Shown here: in pieces, positions 60,326 to 64,000 of the stretch
Layout: the number at the start of each line of letters is the position of its first letter
How positions within the stretch are numbered: the first letter of the stretch is position 1
Source of the DNA: Eledone cirrhosa
Lineage: Eukaryota
Length of the DNA: 64,000 nt
Reading direction: 5' to 3'
NCBI GenBank assembly: GCA_964016885.1
Contig: OZ024743.1
Location: 309,690,001 to 309,754,000 of the forward strand
Program-made: the position numbers and the translations under genes
Notes under the pieces: generated by a model
What the model saw: only the letters and a program-made list of their open reading frames with translations
Database searches by the model: none
Told to the model about the DNA's origin: nothing

Positions 60326-61808
60326 ATAAATTAACGGAGCCATAGACTCTCGCCATTCACTGTAAATAATGTGTTGAGAGGAAATCCTGAGCTCTTTAAA
60401 ATACAATATGTTGAAACGGTAACACACTAGAGAGAGATACAGTGCGCTATCAATAAAACAGGGAAAAACCACCAGTGTATGGAATCTATAACCTATGAAA
60501 TGCAGACTATAGACACGATAATTAAAAATATAAATTAAAGCGTAAGTAAATACCTCTATAACTATATAACACACGTACAAATCCAAAGAGATCTGTTTCG
60601 CCAGTAAGTTGTTGACAGAAATGGAATAATGCCGATTCTTCAGCGTGTGTAAGGCTATACATTTCAGACAACACTAAGAGAAGAATTTTAAAGTGACTGT
60701 CCAGCTACACTTGGGAGAGAGAAGTCACAGCGTGTTTAAGGGCAGTGAAACAGTGGCCTCTGAGGGACGGGCTGCTAGAAAGGGCAGCCCAAAACCACTC
60801 AGAGAAGTGTGCTCAACCAAACAGAGAGAGAGGAAAGACTGTAATAAGGAGCGAAATATCACGATAAATTAACGGAGCCATAGACTATCGCCGTCCCCTG
60901 TAAATAATGTGCTCAAAAGAGAGAAAATCCTGAGCTCTTTAAAATACAATATGTTGAAAAGGTAACACGCTAGAGAGAGATACAGTGTGCCATCAATAAA
61001 ACAGGGAAAAACCACCAGTGTATGGAATCTATAACCTATGGAAGGCAGAATATAGACACGATAATTAAAAATATAAATTAAAGCGTAAATAAATACCTCT
61101 ATAACTATATAACACACGTACAAATCCAAAGAGATCTGTTTCGCCAGTAAGTTGTTGACAGAAATGGAATAACCCCGATTCTTCAGCGTGTGTAAAGCTA
61201 TACATTTCAGACAACAGTAATAGCGCACTGTATCTCTCTCTAGTATGTTACCTTTTCAACATATTGTATTTTAAAGAGCTTAGGATTTCCTCTCCTTTGA
61301 GCACATTATTTACAGGGAATGGCGAGAGTCTATGGCTCCGTTAATTTATCGTGATATTTCGCTCCTTATAACAGTCTTTCCTCTCTCTCTCTGTTTGGTT
61401 GAGCACACTTCTCTGAATGGTTTTTGGCTGTCCTTTCTAGTAGCTCGTCCCTCAGAGGCCACTGGTTCACTGCCCTTAAACACGCTGTGACTTCTCTCTC
61501 CCACGTGTAGCTGGACAGGCACTTTAAAATTATCTTAGTGTTGTCTGAATTGTATAGCCTTACACACGCTGAAGAGTCGGAGTTATTCCATTTCTGTCAA
61601 CAACTTACTGGCGAAACAGATCTCTTTGTATTTGTACGTGTGCTATATAGTTTTAGAGGTATTTATTTACGCTTTAATTTATATTTTTAATTATCGTGTC
61701 TATAGTCTGCCTTTCATAGGTTATAGATTCCATACAGTGGTGGTTTTTCCCTGTTTTATTGATAGCGCACTGTATCTCTCTCTAGTGTGTTACCCTTTCA
61801 ACATATTG

Positions 61809-61815
<7 letters not shown>
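60318..61815. mobile_element. Retrozyme-like non-coding ~540-bp unit: ~1.65 tandem copies plus ~1.1 inverted copies, three hammerheads
   Basis: TCACGATAAATTAACGGAGCC occurs at 60321 and 60859. From 61220 the sequence is the reverse complement of the unit and itself repeats (ATAGCGCACTGTATC at 61220 and 61762). (TA)n lies on both flanks. Confidence 0.85.
61563..61642 (+). ncRNA. Type I hammerhead ribozyme, canonical core (minus copies 60569-60650 and 61112-61193)
   Basis: CACACG-CTGAAGA-GTCGGAGTT...AACTTACTGGC-GAAA-CAGAT CTCTTTGT ATTTG-TA-CGTGTG: 6-bp stem I, stable stem III, GUA triplet. Confidence 0.88.
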
Positions 61816-61876
<61 letters not shown>

Positions 61877-62479
61877 AAAAGGTAAACAGAAATAACAACA
61901 CGATCGGTACAGTATATGTAAGGAATATATTAGGTTAACGCTTGAAATAGGAGGAATAGAGTCTTAACGTTTCGGATGCTAGTCCCCCATCAGAAGAAAG
62001 AATGAGAAATAAGATAGATTGAAGGGACGGGTTGAAATTGGAATAAATGTCTTTAGATAAAAATAACAGGTCCATTCATGTTGACATCTCATATATGTAT
62101 ATATGTGTGTGCCTGTGTGTCCATATGTGTATGTGTGTGTGAAGTGTTCATGGCTGGAAAGATCGCAAATGACGGTAGCAATTGATGCAGAGTAGGTAGA
62201 GTTACATGGTATAATTTCAACGGAATGTTTCTCTTCTTTTTGTCTTGTTAACAATCTTCTGTATATTGTGATACGCTCATCCTCATCACTAACCGCTAAG
62301 TCAATATCCTACCATGTGTATAAATAATTGCCTATATTCCTAAAGTACAAGTGTTTTTCGTATCAAGATAATAATCCTATTATTTCTCTATCTCATTTCT
62401 TTTTCTTTTCCGTTGGAATATTCGTGTTACATACTGTATTACGTGTTCCTACTTATAGCTAAATATTTAAAGAAATAAC

Positions 62480-62760
62480 AGCAACTCTATAACTATAACC
62501 ACCTCCACTACATCCATCTTCACTAACATCATCATCATTATCAACATCATCATCGTCATCATCATCATCATCATCGTCATCACCATCAATAATAGCAATA
62601 ACAACGGCGACAACAATGACTACAAAATATACAAGTTTTAAAACAACAACAACAACAACATCAACACTATAACTACTTTCACCACAACCACACCACTACC
62701 ATGATCATCATTATCACCTCACCATCAGCAATAACAACGACCATCTCAATAACGACAAAA
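62480..62760. repeat. Degenerate (CAT)n/(CAA)n/(CAC)n low-complexity tract
   Basis: Directly visible. Confidence 0.85.
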
Positions 62761-64000
62761 TATACAAATTAATCCAATTCACTTGCTGTCATTTCATTTC
62801 CTTTTGCGTCATCTATATAACGAAACTGCCTAATCTCTTGGTGAATTCTTGTTGACGTAAAGCTCGAAGATGTGATATTTCAAATGATAAGAAAAGTTGT
62901 CTTTCTATTAAAGACAGGCAAATATTCCCAGTTTCTAAGATCCATAAAACGCAAAGAAATATGGTTTTGAGATATAATAATATTAGAATAAAAAAAATCC
63001 ATATTTACTGGCTTCAAAAATTGATACAAAGCTCTCATATTGTTAAGTGTGAATGACGTATAATTGACTAACTTTACCATAATCTTCGAGTGGGGCTTAT
63101 TTTATCGACTTCATATTAATAACTGCATTGTTTCTTTCAAGGGACTATGTTAAAAAATAAACCTCATTTGGTCATTCCATGAGAGTATCTTAGAAAGCCT
63201 ATTAACTTTTCAGCCTACCCCAGTAATTCATTCTAACATTGCCACAAGGTCAGTATATGTCGATTATATTGACATAGTACTTGGCAGGTGCTTTATTTTA
63301 TTTTAGTAACACCAGAAGGATGAAGGGGAAAGTTGACCCAGGTGGGATTTGAACTCAGAACGTAGAAACACGTAAATAAATACTGCAAAGAATTTTGTCT
63401 CACGCTCTACCGTTACTTCCAACCTACCACCATTGTGGCGTATTTTATTAAGATATTGAGTTTAATAGAAAATCAAAATCTCTATATAAATTTGAGCGAC
63501 TTCCCTCCGTCATACAATGTATGTATGTGTTTGTGTGAATGTTTGTGTGTGTTTAAAAGGAAGGAAGTGGATGGCGAAAAAGCTATAGCAAAACAGCGGC
63601 TGGCGTTCTATTTGTTATGTTGTGTGTGAGTGTATGTGTATGTGTGTTTGTGTAAATGTGTATGTGTGTGTGTGTTTGTGTGAATGTATGTCTGTGAGTG
63701 TGTATTTTTGTAAGTGTGTCGATGTTTGCGCATTTATATTTATATACTCCTAGATAAAAATGTATACATATGCACATACACGCATATACACATACGCGTC
63801 AGCGAGGGGAAAAATTCTACAGTTTTAAAATACTCTATCTCGCTTCGTAATGTACCAGAAAATACCACGTAGTTTCACATAAACAAAATATGTGGAGACA
63901 TTCTGTTTGACATTATTCAGTTCGGAGAGATTATTGTGTTGGTATAAATGGAATCGTCAAATATGGAACTAGCTGTAAAACAGTTATTCTCTATCTTCTC

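Noticed and set aside
62480-62760. His/Gln/Thr-rich coding exon
   Set aside because: Low-complexity trinucleotide tract with no splice or homology support.

Overview
AT-rich animal genomic DNA, not prokaryotic. The huge (TA)n/(CA)n tracts and the SINE families suggest an octopus/cephalopod genome (inference). The only host-gene sequence I can support is two consecutive + strand exons of a TMTC4-like protein O-mannosyltransferase (7601-7803 and 42479-42656), separated by a 34.7-kb intron. The rest is intronic repeat: CRE-, RTE-, Tx1/L1- and CR1-type LINE fragments, several Penelope-like elements (PLEs), two tRNA-derived SINE families, mariner and hAT relics, a Helitron-like element and giant microsatellites. 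The most striking signal is a dense set of type I hammerhead ribozyme (HHR) motifs. Several sit in ORF-less ~500-600-bp units arranged as partial tandem arrays plus an inverted arm, embedded in (TA)n (60318-61815, 19286-20692; direct-repeat only at 35873-36458). This is the architecture expected of retrozyme-like, possibly circular-RNA-derived non-autonomous retroelements mobilised by PLEs. One family carries a compensatory U3-A8 catalytic core. Repeat boundaries were read by eye and are approximate.
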